Positions 1 to 8,646 of a stretch of 64,000 bases of DNA are shown one piece after another (the stretch's first letter is position 1; each line of letters starts with the position of its first letter). Made by a program: the position numbers and the translations under genes. Under the pieces are notes generated by a model. It made no database searches. It had not been told where the DNA came from and saw nothing but the letters and a program-made list of their open reading frames with translations. The DNA is from an uncultured Brevibacillus sp. (GTDB lineage: Bacteria > Bacillota > Bacilli > Brevibacillales > Brevibacillaceae): positions 14,823-78,822 of the forward strand of contig NZ_CANMZW010000021.1 in NCBI RefSeq assembly GCF_947502445.1, given 5' to 3'.

Positions 1-78
1 GCGGCGGAGGCCCACCGCTATGTGGAGCAGGGCCACAAGAAAGGCAACGTGGTGTTAACCGTCCAGCAAGGTTTATAG
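1..78 (+). CDS. 3' end of an NAD(P)-dependent zinc-binding/quinone oxidoreductase (partial, runs off window)
   Basis: Frame 1 reads AAEAHRYVEQGHKKGNVVLTVQQGL*, matching the typical C-terminal EAHRYVExGHKxGNVV of MDR-family oxidoreductases. Confidence 0.65.
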   Translation, partial: AAEAHRYVEQGHKKGNVVLTVQQGL

Positions 79-150
79 GATTCGCTACTTTATCCTTGAA
101 AAGTTAGAATTAATACGTTTCGAAATCGAAAGACGAAGACTCCTTGTGCG

Positions 151-177
151 TTTAGCTATCGGGATCGATAGCGATAA
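151..177 (+). repeat. Putative recombination site S1 (cassette-boundary repeat)
   Basis: TTTAGCTATC-GGGATC-GATAGCGATAA; GCTATC/GATAGC inverted arms around 6 bp; near-identical to copies at 4100 and 5238. Confidence 0.7.
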
Positions 178-202
178 GCGGTTGCTTCGGCAGCCGTTTT
201 AT
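176..202 (+). terminator. Rho-independent terminator directly after site S1
   Basis: AAGCGGTTGC-TTCG-GCAGCCGTTT followed by T run. Confidence 0.75.
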
Positions 203-209
203 TATTTAT

Positions 210-238
210 TCCGCTAACAGCAGCTTCGTTTAAGAAGG
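210..238 (+). repeat. Degenerate putative site S2
   Basis: TTCCGCTAACAGCAGCTTCGTTAAGAAG; GCTAAC left arm, same position after a hairpin as S7 and S9. Confidence 0.4.
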
Positions 239-294
239 AATAAAAACTGAATAGGAAGAATATGTAATTTAGGTGCGGATCAATAGGAGGTTCA

Positions 295-609
295 ATGAAA
301 AAGCCTTTCTTGTTTGTATTTCTTTTAGTTTCAATTTTGGTCGGATGTGGTAGTGAATACGTTATTCTTTCTGGTGAAAGTGATGACTGGAAAGGAGAAT
401 ACTCAGCAAATATAGATGGTAATAGTGAAAATGGGAATTACCTTTTTAGTTTCAAAAGTGGAAACAATGATACTGAATTTAAGAACCTAGAGATTGTAAT
501 TAATGACGGTGAAACCTCCCAAAAGGAAAATAACCATAAAGGAGCAACCGTTAGAATATCAACTTCATGTTCTGGGTGTTCAGTAACAAAAAAAGATAAA
601 ATGGGATGA
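295..609 (+). CDS. Small lipoprotein, hypothetical
   Basis: RBS AGGAGG; basic N-terminus, hydrophobic stretch, lipobox LVGC; AT-rich. Confidence 0.75.
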   Translation: MKKPFLFVFLLVSILVGCGSEYVILSGESDDWKGEYSANIDGNSENGNYLFSFKSGNNDTEFKNLEIVINDGETSQKENNHKGATVRISTSCSGCSVTKKDKMG

Positions 610-663
610 CAAAAATGAAGTAACTTTTTATTTAAAGTGAGTCAAGTGCTATATAAAGGCTTG

Positions 664-690
664 TTCGATTAACGTATTCTCTAGTTCAAC
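664..690 (+). repeat. Putative site S3 just upstream of the recombinase
   Basis: TTCGATTAACGTATTCTCTAGTTCAAC fits TA-N10-TAG spacing of the repeat family. Confidence 0.55.
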
Positions 691-712
691 AAATGATTTC
701 GAAATACGTATT

Positions 713-763
713 AACCCCTCCCAAACATAGTGAAGCTAGTAGTAATTAGCCTTGGGAGGGGTT
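713..763 (+). promoter_or_regulatory. Stem-loop sequestering the recombinase ribosome-binding site
   Basis: Perfect 12-bp inverted repeat AACCCCTCCCAA (713-724) / TTGGGAGGGGTT (752-763); GGGAGG lies in the 3' arm; ATG at 771. Confidence 0.65.
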
Positions 764-770
764 TTGTTTT

Positions 771-1578
771 ATGAAATTGACTGATATCTGGACGTTGTAT
801 GAGGCCGATAAACGAATTCTGGGTTTTAGTCCGCACACTTTAAAAGCGTATACCCTTCAGTTTAAGGTACTGACTCGCGAGATTGGCAACTTAAATATCG
901 GAGAAGTACATTGGACTTGCTGAAAGAATACTTAGCAAAGCAGTCAGACCGGTTAAAGCCGAGCAGCATGGGACATCGTATACGGTTTATACGGTCCCTG
1001 TTTCGGTTTGCATTTGAAGAAGGACATATTATTAAAAATCCTACGCCTAAGCTAAGAGAACCAAAACTAGAAAAGAGGATCCCGAAGTTTTTAATTGAGG
1101 AAGATGTGATTAATCTTAAGATAGCCTGTGATTCCCTACGCGAGCGCGCACTCTTGGAGTTTTTATATTGTACTGGTTGTCGCGTAGGTGAAGTGCATAG
1201 GTTAGATATCGAAGACATCAACTGGGAGAGCTGCTCCGCGATTGTGCATAGTAAAGGCTCTAAGCAACGAGAAGTGTATTTTGCAACCGAATGTAAGGTC
1301 TGGTTAAAGAGATACCTCAAGAGTCGAGAGGATTCTTGCAAAGCCCTTTTTGTGACGGAGTCTTTTCCGCTGTTAAAAAGCTGGCAGCTCGTGGAGAGGT
1401 TGCAGTAAACGTTTATCCTCATCGTTTTCGTCATACGTATGCTTGTCACTTACTTGATAATGGTGCCCCGTTAGATTTTATTCAGGGTATGCTGGGTCAC
1501 GAGAAGGCTTCAACAACACAGATCTACGCGCAATTACGCGGTGAACGTCGCCGGGAATTATATAGGCGGTACTTTTAA
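771..1578 (+). pseudogene. XerD-like tyrosine recombinase/integrase, disrupted
   Basis: ATG 771 MKLTDIWTLYEADKRILGFSPHTLKAY; frameshift near 905-911 into DLLKEY..; catalytic motifs TGCRVGE, KGSK, HRFRH, LGHE, TQIY present; second frame break and apparent loss of about a dozen codons near 1365. Confidence 0.85.
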
Positions 1579-1591
1579 GAGCTGTGGCTCC

Positions 1592-1618
1592 CGCTGAACA
1601 AAGAGCAGTTTAACTTGG
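1592..1618 (+). repeat. Putative site S4 just downstream of the recombinase
   Basis: CGCTGAACAAAGAGCAGTTTAACTTGG; CA-N10-TAA variant of the repeat. Confidence 0.45.
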
Positions 1619-1735
1619 TATCATTTGTACGTAATAGGGACGAGGTGATCGTTTATATGGGGAATACGATAACTTTATGTGACAATTGTGATGAAAAAAT
1701 TGTTGAGTCATTCTCTATGTCAACTAGCACCAAAA

Positions 1736-2626
1736 TCAACCGTCCGACGGTGCGTACTTCCCCACGTCCGGCTCGAATGCCGCTCCGCTCGCCAGGTCCA
1801 GCTCCACATGGGTGGTTCCGCGATCGTCGGTCAGCACAATCATTCGCGACCCGACGACGGGAACGCGGTCGGCGCTGGTGCGCATGTGCGCTGAGACGAC
1901 AAGAGGGGCACTGTCAACGATATAATTTACCTCCACCGTGAACATTGGGAAATTAAAGAGCCAGCTATTAGTAAAGTTCACGGCGGTCAACGTCCCGGGG
2001 CATGACGAACCCTCCACGCGGAGTCGTTCGATGTCCGCCTGACGCCGTCGGGCGTGGGCGATAGAGCCGGGCAACCGCAGGATCGCGATGACGGCCCAGA
2101 GGGCGAAGCTAGCTCCGACGACGGCGCCGAGCTCTGGCGGGATCGTCGGCGATGTCGCTATGGCCTCGAGGTCAAAGGGGCGCGACAGGTCGCTTGTCAG
2201 CGTCCAGAGCAGGAGGATTCCCGCGATTGCTGCGAGTCCTCCTGCCACCGACAGCGTCGCGAACAGGCCGGCCACCCTGGTCTGTCCGAACTGCTCAATC
2301 GATCGCGAGTACACTCCGCCGGTCGTACCGATCGCGCCGAGCAGCAGCAAAACGGCGACGCCCACTGTGATCGGATGACCGAGGAGCATGCTGATCGCCG
2401 GTGTCGGCGCCATTCCGAGCAGTGCGCCGAACGGCACGGAGCCTGTCAGCGCCCACAGTGCAGCGGCTGTGAACAGCCACGGCATCAGCGGAGCCGCGCG
2501 TCCGACGCGATGTCCCGGCAGGAGCATAGTCATCCGTCCGTTCTTATCCGTGGTGGAGAACAGCGGCAGCGTCTCGATATGTTCTTGCTGCCTCTGCTTC
2601 TGTTGACCCTCCGCAGCATCCCTCAT
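1736..2626 (-). CDS. High-GC multi-pass membrane protein, hypothetical
   Basis: Four hydrophobic segments then a soluble tail; RBS GGAGGG 8 nt before ATG at 2626 (shorter than ORF-track start); conspicuously GC-rich versus flanks. Confidence 0.75.
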   Translation of the reverse strand: MRDAAEGQQKQRQQEHIETLPLFSTTDKNGRMTMLLPGHRVGRAAPLMPWLFTAAALWALTGSVPFGALLGMAPTPAISMLLGHPITVGVAVLLLLGAIGTTGGVYSRSIEQFGQTRVAGLFATLSVAGGLAAIAGILLLWTLTSDLSRPFDLEAIATSPTIPPELGAVVGASFALWAVIAILRLPGSIAHARRRQADIERLRVEGSSCPGTLTAVNFTNSWLFNFPMFTVEVNYIVDSAPLVVSAHMRTSADRVPVVGSRMIVLTDDRGTTHVELDLASGAAFEPDVGKYAPSDG

Positions 2627-2964
2627 TGGCATCGCCCTCCAGTTCAACTTCGTATTATCTTTGTACTCAGCCATGCACACCTTCACCCTCAATATTTCTT
2701 ATCTATATTTTACCACTATAAGATTGTCCGCTGTAAATACCCCTAAGTCGACATGCATTTCAATATGCGTGAGCAACGTACGATAGTGAACGAAACAAGC
2801 AGATGATCGCGCAGTAGCTGTTCTTTTCGCATTTTTCGCCGATAGTATCGTTAAACTGAACCTTACCAGTAAGTGACGGCGATAAAAATTGAGAGAAATG
2901 TCTTGAAGATGCCGTCGAACAGTATACGCGTTGTATCTCGTCCAAATGTTTGTCCAAGATCGCT

Positions 2965-3423
2965 TCAACTTTTTCCGATGAGGAGGGAATCCCTGTAGCT
3001 GTTAGCAATGTGACCGAGCGCAAAGCTCGCGGCGAAAATGAAAAAGAGGATAGAATGCAAAACGATAGAGGCAGCGAAGAAATAGAGGCAGGGAAACACG
3101 GCTATCGGAACTGGAATGCCAAGCATCGGGATTAGCAGACGAGCATAGCTTCTATCACTGCGGAGATACATGATCCAGTCTCTATAATAGAAGAGAAGCG
3201 CGGCCAGCATGACGATCAGTGATATCGTTTCATAGCTTCGTTCGGCGCGCATCGAATAAAACAAAGAAACGACCATGATGCCGAGCCTACCAATCGCTTC
3301 ACAAGTATTAAGGAGGAGGTTGATGGTTCGACGGACCGGCGGGCTTGTTGGCGGAAAGCGGACAAAAACGAGATTGGGCAACAGAATCATCAACGGGATA
3401 AGAAGACTGGTCGGATGAAGCAT
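2965..3423 (-). CDS. Hypothetical membrane protein
   Basis: RBS GGAGGT before ATG 3423; several hydrophobic helices. Confidence 0.65.
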   Translation of the reverse strand: MLHPTSLLIPLMILLPNLVFVRFPPTSPPVRRTINLLLNTCEAIGRLGIMVVSLFYSMRAERSYETISLIVMLAALLFYYRDWIMYLRSDRSYARLLIPMLGIPVPIAVFPCLYFFAASIVLHSILFFIFAASFALGHIANSYRDSLLIGKS

Positions 3424-3536
3424 GCGGACACCTCCTTCGTATGATCGTGTCATTATACACAACATTCGGAAGGAACTATCCGTGACTAATGTTGCAGAAA
3501 CACTGCGGAAACCACAAATATGCGAAAGAATTTTGT

Positions 3537-3562
3537 TACGTTAACGGGCAGAATAACTTAGC
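3537..3562 (+). repeat. Putative site S5
   Basis: TACGTTAACGGGCAGAATAACTTAGC, 77 nt upstream of the GNAT gene. Confidence 0.65.
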
Positions 3563-3639
3563 AATTAATTTTTCTTTGATTTGCAACTACCAACATTTGG
3601 AATAAACTCAATGTATCAGTCTGTTGGGAGTGTTGAAAG

Positions 3640-4107
3640 ATGAGTATTAGGCTTTGCCATGTTACAGAAACTAATTTTTGGGATGTCGTTAATCTAAAAT
3701 CTGATCCAGAACAAGAACAAAGGATACAGATATTTGAGCGTTGGGTAGGGTCTAATGCATTTTTTCTAGGAGCTTGTCAAGTTTATGGTTTTACCCCAAG
3801 AACTATATTTGATGACGAAATTTTAATAGGATTTACCTCATTTGGATATAGAAAAGAAAATGAAAGATATGAACTAATTAGTATGATGATAGGTCATCAA
3901 TTCCAAGGCAAAGGTTATGGAGTTCCAATAGTAACGGCGATTGTGAAAGAAATGGCAGATACATATAACTGTAAGGAAATCTTTTTAACTGTTATTCACG
4001 ATAATCAAAAGGCAATTCGTGTTTACGAGAAAGTTGGGTTTACACCGACTGGCGAAATTGAGCAGGGTCATCATCCTGAATTTGTCTATTGTCTGAAATT
4101 AAACTAA
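3640..4107 (+). CDS. GNAT family N-acetyltransferase (spermidine/spermine acetyltransferase-like)
   Basis: Motif A FQGKGYG, DNQKAIRVYEKVGF; AT-rich. Confidence 0.9.
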   Translation: MSIRLCHVTETNFWDVVNLKSDPEQEQRIQIFERWVGSNAFFLGACQVYGFTPRTIFDDEILIGFTSFGYRKENERYELISMMIGHQFQGKGYGVPIVTAIVKEMADTYNCKEIFLTVIHDNQKAIRVYEKVGFTPTGEIEQGHHPEFVYCLKLN

Positions 4108-4125
4108 CGGGTTCGATAGCGTAAC
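4100..4125 (+). repeat. Putative site S6, containing the GNAT stop codon
   Basis: TAAACTAACGGGTTCGATAGCGTAAC; TAA 4105-4107 is the stop codon. Confidence 0.75.
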
Positions 4126-4137
4126 GAAAACAAATAG

Positions 4138-4165
4138 AGGCTGTCGGTGTTCATGCCGGCAGCCT
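4138..4165. terminator. Hairpin between S6 and S7
   Basis: AGGCTGTCGG-N8-CCGGCAGCCT. Confidence 0.6.
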
Positions 4166-4167
4166 AT

Positions 4168-4194
4168 GCTTAACTAACGGGTAGGGTAGTTTGC
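4168..4194 (+). repeat. Putative site S7
   Basis: GCTTAACTAACGGGTAGGGTAGTTTGC. Confidence 0.75.
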
Positions 4195-4219
4195 TTAATA
4201 AGAATCTTTATCTTATTTT

Positions 4220-5149
4220 CTATAGTATGGCCTCTTTGGATAATGAGGCATGTACCCCGTTTACACCATTGACTAGCTGCGTTATACGCAAATCAACAAG
4301 AAGGCTTGACAAATTTAACGCCTCTTTACGCTCAAAATTATACAATTCCTGCATCCAATCAAGCATTCCCTCTAAGGCAATCATCGCTGCTTCATGTACT
4401 TCTTCATGGAATCCAAAGGTAATTCTCTTATGGGGAGTTTCTGCTCTTGGGAACGATAAACTTTGATCAATGACAGTGAAGGTTAGATCGACTAACTGCA
4501 TCGGGCATTCGAGAGCTGGACTGGATACCTCTCCATCACCTTGAACAGCATGACCGTCACCAACTGAAAAAAGACCACCTTCTACTGCGATGGGTAAGTA
4601 TAAAATGCTGCCAGGTACAAGTTCTTTACAATCAATATTCCCTCCACAGAACCTTGGAGGGTAAGTGGAGTGTATCCCTTCTTCATTTGGAGGCATGCCC
4701 ATAATACCCATAAAGGGCTTGAGCCGTATTTTATGCCCTTTGTTACTAATCCCTAAATTGTTGGAAGCATCTAACTCCCACATCAAAACATACTCTGGTC
4801 CCTCGTGAAGACCCAATCTTTTGTTAATAGTATTCGGGAATCCACCTCCGCTACTCCAGCCCCAATTGCCGGTCTTAATATCGTTTATACGAATAGCCAA
4901 GGTTTTTCCTTCTTTTGCTCCATTAATATAGATAGGTCCGATCAAGGCATGGCCGCTGTCTTGTGGATGATCTCTTTCGCAGAATTTCTCTCTTACACCG
5001 TCTAATTGAAATGGACCAGTATTCCACCCGCCGTCAATAGTCTCAAAGCGAACGGTGTCACCCGAATTGATTGATACTATTGGAGTGAACTCCTTTGAAA
5101 AAGAACCGTGCAGAGTTGAACGATCTGGGTGAATAAAAAACTCTGCCAT
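4220..5149 (-). CDS. Acetamidase/formamidase family protein
   Basis: GHALIGPIYINGAKEG, GGNIDCKEL, GGLFSVGDGHAVQGDGEV motifs; RBS GGAGGTG. Confidence 0.9.
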   Translation of the reverse strand: MAEFFIHPDRSTLHGSFSKEFTPIVSINSGDTVRFETIDGGWNTGPFQLDGVREKFCERDHPQDSGHALIGPIYINGAKEGKTLAIRINDIKTGNWGWSSGGGFPNTINKRLGLHEGPEYVLMWELDASNNLGISNKGHKIRLKPFMGIMGMPPNEEGIHSTYPPRFCGGNIDCKELVPGSILYLPIAVEGGLFSVGDGHAVQGDGEVSSPALECPMQLVDLTFTVIDQSLSFPRAETPHKRITFGFHEEVHEAAMIALEGMLDWMQELYNFERKEALNLSSLLVDLRITQLVNGVNGVHASLSKEAIL

Positions 5150-5237
5150 ATAGACACCTCCTAATTTGTATCCTATATTATTATATAACAGGGTATTTAT
5201 GGTAAGCGCACTGAGGTTGTGATTACTTTTCGAAATA

Positions 5238-5265
5238 TTGAGCTAACGGGGATCGATAGCGTAAT
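5238..5265 (+). repeat. Putative site S8
   Basis: TTGAGCTAACGGGGATCGATAGCGTAAT; near-identical to S1 and S6. Confidence 0.75.
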
Positions 5266-5292
5266 AAAACGGGTGCTACGGCATTCGTTTTT
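5266..5292 (+). terminator. Terminator hairpin between S8 and S9
   Basis: AAAACGGGTGC-TACG-GCATTCGTTTT. Confidence 0.7.
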
Positions 5293-5297
5293 GTATG

Positions 5298-5320
5298 TTA
5301 AGTTGACCGGCAGGATAAAT
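5298..5320 (+). repeat. Putative site S9 (variant)
   Basis: TTAAGTTGACCGGCAGGATAAAT; TG-N10-TAA variant. Confidence 0.5.
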
Positions 5321-5401
5321 TTTTTTGCCAACAGGATAAAGGCGGTAGAATCCAATGCGTTGGAAAAATTTTTAAAAAATTGTTCCGGAGGAGAATTCCG
5401 A

Positions 5402-6283
5402 TTGAGCGATTACTATTGGGATAGCAAAATCGATTATTTAAGCAAAACCAGAGGCCTGTATTACAATGATGATTATTTGGAATTCCTTGTTAAAAATGTT
5501 TGGAAGATGAGTCTTTCCCCAGTTCGAATAATTGATTTTGGATGTGGCTACGGATATTTGGGGACTAAGCTCTTACCATTACTTTCAGAAGGATCCACTT
5601 ACACAGGTGTGGATGCTGGATGTAAATTAATTGATCATGCCACGGATGTGTTCAAAGACGCCACTTTTAAGACCGAGTTTATTCAAGGCGATGTTAAACA
5701 ATTGGTTTTTGAACAAAAGTACGATGTTGTAGTTTGTCATGCATTCTTACTGCATGTGGAAAATCCAAAGGAGATTCTACAAAAGATGATAAGTTGTTTA
5801 GTAGATCGAGGAAGAATTATATGCTTTGAACCTCATTGGATCTCAGGCATGGCAAACTATTCTCTCTATGGATACGATTCTTCGGATGTAGTCCAGTTAG
5901 GGTTTCTTCAGAAATTATTTGAAAGAGACGCGCATCGTAGCGGTAAGGATGGGAATATCGGAATAAAAATACCTGTTTATTTAAGCCAATTAGGGGTTAA
6001 GCAAATCGAGTGCAGAGTCAGTGATAAAGTTAATTTCTTAGATCCCAATTCAGAGTTTGAGAAAACGAATGCTCTATTCAGCTCGTTAAAAGAAGATGGC
6101 TTTGGTGCAGACCCTGGGGAACAAGGGCAATTTATCTCGAATTTGATGAACCGCGGCGCAACCTATGAAGAGGCTCAGAATGAGTACAGATTAGAGTCGT
6201 TTCTGTCAAAAGCTTTTAAGAACGACACATTTCTGACCTATGCTGCAAATATGAAGATTACTACAGGGGTTATTGAGCGATGA
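5402..6283 (+). CDS. Class I SAM-dependent methyltransferase
   Basis: IIDFGCGYG motif I; true start probably TTG 5402 after GGAGGAG (ORF-track extension from 5219 runs through sites S8/S9). Confidence 0.85.
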   Translation: MSDYYWDSKIDYLSKTRGLYYNDDYLEFLVKNVWKMSLSPVRIIDFGCGYGYLGTKLLPLLSEGSTYTGVDAGCKLIDHATDVFKDATFKTEFIQGDVKQLVFEQKYDVVVCHAFLLHVENPKEILQKMISCLVDRGRIICFEPHWISGMANYSLYGYDSSDVVQLGFLQKLFERDAHRSGKDGNIGIKIPVYLSQLGVKQIECRVSDKVNFLDPNSEFEKTNALFSSLKEDGFGADPGEQGQFISNLMNRGATYEEAQNEYRLESFLSKAFKNDTFLTYAANMKITTGVIER

Positions 6284-6325
6284 AACCTTATAATTTCCAA
6301 ACTGGAAGCTAACCGTTGATGGCTT

Positions 6326-6357
6326 CATTTCGCTAAACGGGCAGCATTAGTGGAATG
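6326..6357 (+). repeat. Putative site S10
   Basis: CATTTCGCTAA-ACGGGCAGCA-TTAGTGGAATG; 11-bp arms matching at 9/11. Confidence 0.7.
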
Positions 6358-6467
6358 AAGGTTAACTGAGTCTTTAGCCTGAAATTCCGGCTTGCAGTCC
6401 TACTCATAATTAGATTGTTCAATTATTTGAATGGCGGTAAAGTATATGATAATCCCTTTGTAACATA

Positions 6468-7088
6468 TCAAATCTTCCTAGCAACAATGAAATATTCCTG
6501 AGAACTTTTCTTCAAGCAATCCGTTTCTACAATTGAAAAATTCCCTTCCTCAATTGTATCGACTAAATTGTGTATTTTAAATGATCTGATATTTGGTACT
6601 AAACCGACCCTACCTGCAAAGAATAACAAGTTTCTAAGAAATATCTTTTCTCCTACGCATGGTGTTGCAGAAATCAATAATCCTCCTGGCTTCAACAGTT
6701 CATTCATTCTTTGTAGAACGATATGTTCATCTTCCAACAAATGCAGAACATGAAAGACTAGGATGACATCAAATGAGCCTTTCTTATACCTTTCATCAAA
6801 AATGGTCGAATGAGCATAGTTTATATTTGCAATGTTTCGCTCTTTCGCCTTTTTTTCTGCAATTCCTATCATATTAGAAGATATATCAATCGCTTGAATC
6901 CCTTTCACATATTCTGCAATCTCATTTGATATCAATCCAGTCCCACAGCCATAATCCAAAACAATGTCGCTTATTTTGAGATGCGTTTTCGTTCTATTTA
7001 TTATATTGATGTAAGTCTGTTCATCCTTCATCTCTAACTGATCATATTTACTTGCTGTCTTGTCCCAATAACTTTCTGATTTATTCAT
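6468..7088 (-). CDS. Class I SAM-dependent methyltransferase
   Basis: VLDYGCGTG, FDVILVFHVLH, LLKPGG motifs. Confidence 0.9.
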   Translation of the reverse strand: MNKSESYWDKTASKYDQLEMKDEQTYINIINRTKTHLKISDIVLDYGCGTGLISNEIAEYVKGIQAIDISSNMIGIAEKKAKERNIANINYAHSTIFDERYKKGSFDVILVFHVLHLLEDEHIVLQRMNELLKPGGLLISATPCVGEKIFLRNLLFFAGRVGLVPNIRSFKIHNLVDTIEEGNFSIVETDCLKKSSQEYFIVARKI

Positions 7089-7121
7089 TTCAGTTTCACC
7101 TTCTTTTCTAGCACATTCATC

Positions 7122-7820
7122 TTAAATGGATAGAGAATCCTGCCCCGCCCGGTTGAATCCTTTAATGATTAGCCATATAGCCAAAACCAATTGTTGAAAG
7201 GCTATTGGAATGTTCAACGTCATGTAGGTTGCATCCAGACTGATGAAGCGAATCATAAATAATAAGCTTGCCAATATGGACAATGTAGCCCCAATGAGAC
7301 CCAAAAATGACAACCAAAGTGGGACTAATTTTATTTGGTAGAATATGCAATTAAACAAGAACATAGCCAAAACAAACGCCAGTGTTGTTGCCACATGGTT
7401 CACCAAATCACGTCCTTCCCGTAACAATCCACCCAGGGTCTGAAAATACGATGCATTCAGAGTACCAACTTTTGCAAATTCGTGGCTTAATGTCAGTAGC
7501 AACAGAAGAATGATTACACCCATAACAATGAACACATCTGCAATGATGCCGAAAGCAACAGAGCCAAGAGCTAAACCTTTCTTATGCTTACTTAAAATCG
7601 GATACATCAAAATCGGAATACCAACATACGCAACGACCATTAACAATTGGGAAAACGTTCCTATTAGTACCTGATTATCATTTGTAGAAGCCTGGACAAG
7701 GTAGTCTGCTCCATCTATAACAGGAACAACACTAAATATACCTGTAACCAACCCGGCTATTAATAACACCCCAGTAATGACTGCAGACCTTCTACCTGAA
7801 TTTGCACTCTTCCTCAACAT
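7122..7820 (-). CDS. DUF4386-like membrane protein
   Basis: Start MLRKSANSGRRSAVITGVLL after RBS GGAGGC; six or more TM helices; pattern typical of DUF4386. Confidence 0.7.
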   Translation of the reverse strand: MLRKSANSGRRSAVITGVLLIAGLVTGIFSVVPVIDGADYLVQASTNDNQVLIGTFSQLLMVVAYVGIPILMYPILSKHKKGLALGSVAFGIIADVFIVMGVIILLLLLTLSHEFAKVGTLNASYFQTLGGLLREGRDLVNHVATTLAFVLAMFLFNCIFYQIKLVPLWLSFLGLIGATLSILASLLFMIRFISLDATYMTLNIPIAFQQLVLAIWLIIKGFNRAGQDSLSI

Positions 7821-7951
7821 AATTAGCCTCCTTATAATACCTGCCCTTGACGGATGTTTGCGGGACGTGCGAATTAAGAGGTGGTCCAGTGGGTATGTCT
7901 GATTAATCAATACAGCCGTTGCAAATTTCACTCTCCAGTTTTATCCACGTT

Positions 7952-8167
7952 TTATTGCTCATCATATTGAAAGACCTCTTCGATGGACTTTCCGAAAACA
8001 CGCGCGATGCGAAAAGCCAGCTCCAATGAAGGTGAATAATTCCCCTTCTCGATAGCGACAATCGTTTGTCTGGTGACCCCAGCCTTATCTGCTAATTGCT
8101 GCTGGGTCATCTCGTTATGATGAAAGCGAAGATTCCGTATATGATTGCTGATTGCATCCTTTCCCAT
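7952..8167 (-). CDS. Xre/Cro helix-turn-helix transcriptional regulator
   Basis: MTQQQLADKAGVTRQTIVAIEKGNYSPSLELAFRIA. Confidence 0.92.
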   Translation of the reverse strand: MGKDAISNHIRNLRFHHNEMTQQQLADKAGVTRQTIVAIEKGNYSPSLELAFRIARVFGKSIEEVFQYDEQ

Positions 8168-8168
8168 G

Positions 8169-8615
8169 TTAAACTCCTTTTCTATAAAAGTATAATTGAG
8201 CGATACGTCCCAGTAGATCGGATAAGAAACCGAATAAGATCAACACAAGAAATGTTAAGTACGTTGGCAGATCCGTAACGAGCGGAACCATGGAGAATAT
8301 AAACCCGAGGAAAAACACATAAAGCGAAATCCGGTCTGCCTTCAACTCGATGATCTTATCCAACTCATCTTCAAAAGAAGGCTCATCTTCATTCGTAGCG
8401 ATCTTATTGAAGATGACAAACCCGATATGAATGATAACCTTCACTACAATCGACACCGGGAGCAGTACCAGAATGAAGGAACCCCAAAAACTGAAGTCGC
8501 TGGCCGAAGTGATGCTGCCTTCCTCGGCATTGTTTATCGCGTATAAAGTGTAGAGGGTAAAGATGAGTATACTGCTGATGATGGAAACAGAAATTTTTTT
8601 TTCTTGATAGGACAT
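8169..8615 (-). CDS. Small membrane protein (DUF2178-like), in operon with Xre regulator
   Basis: TM helices with EDELDKIIELKA motif; 1 nt from Xre start. Confidence 0.7.
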   Translation of the reverse strand: MSYQEKKISVSIISSILIFTLYTLYAINNAEEGSITSASDFSFWGSFILVLLPVSIVVKVIIHIGFVIFNKIATNEDEPSFEDELDKIIELKADRISLYVFFLGFIFSMVPLVTDLPTYLTFLVLILFGFLSDLLGRIAQLYFYRKGV

Positions 8616-8646
8616 ATTGACCTCCTAATTAAAGTATTATTCACCA

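Noticed and set aside
660-770. SOS (LexA) control of the recombinase, as in integrons
   Set aside because: No GAAC-N4-GTTC box found upstream.
862-1449. 195-aa minus-strand ORF
   Set aside because: Antisense shadow of the recombinase; no recognisable motifs.
2054-2746. 230-aa plus-strand ORF and other overlapping ORFs in the high-GC segment
   Set aside because: Stop-poor shadow frames expected in GC-rich DNA; the minus-strand membrane protein has the RBS and a coherent hydropathy pattern.
5219-5401. N-terminal extension of the methyltransferase in the ORF track
   Set aside because: It runs through two repeat sites and a terminator; a strong RBS precedes TTG 5402.
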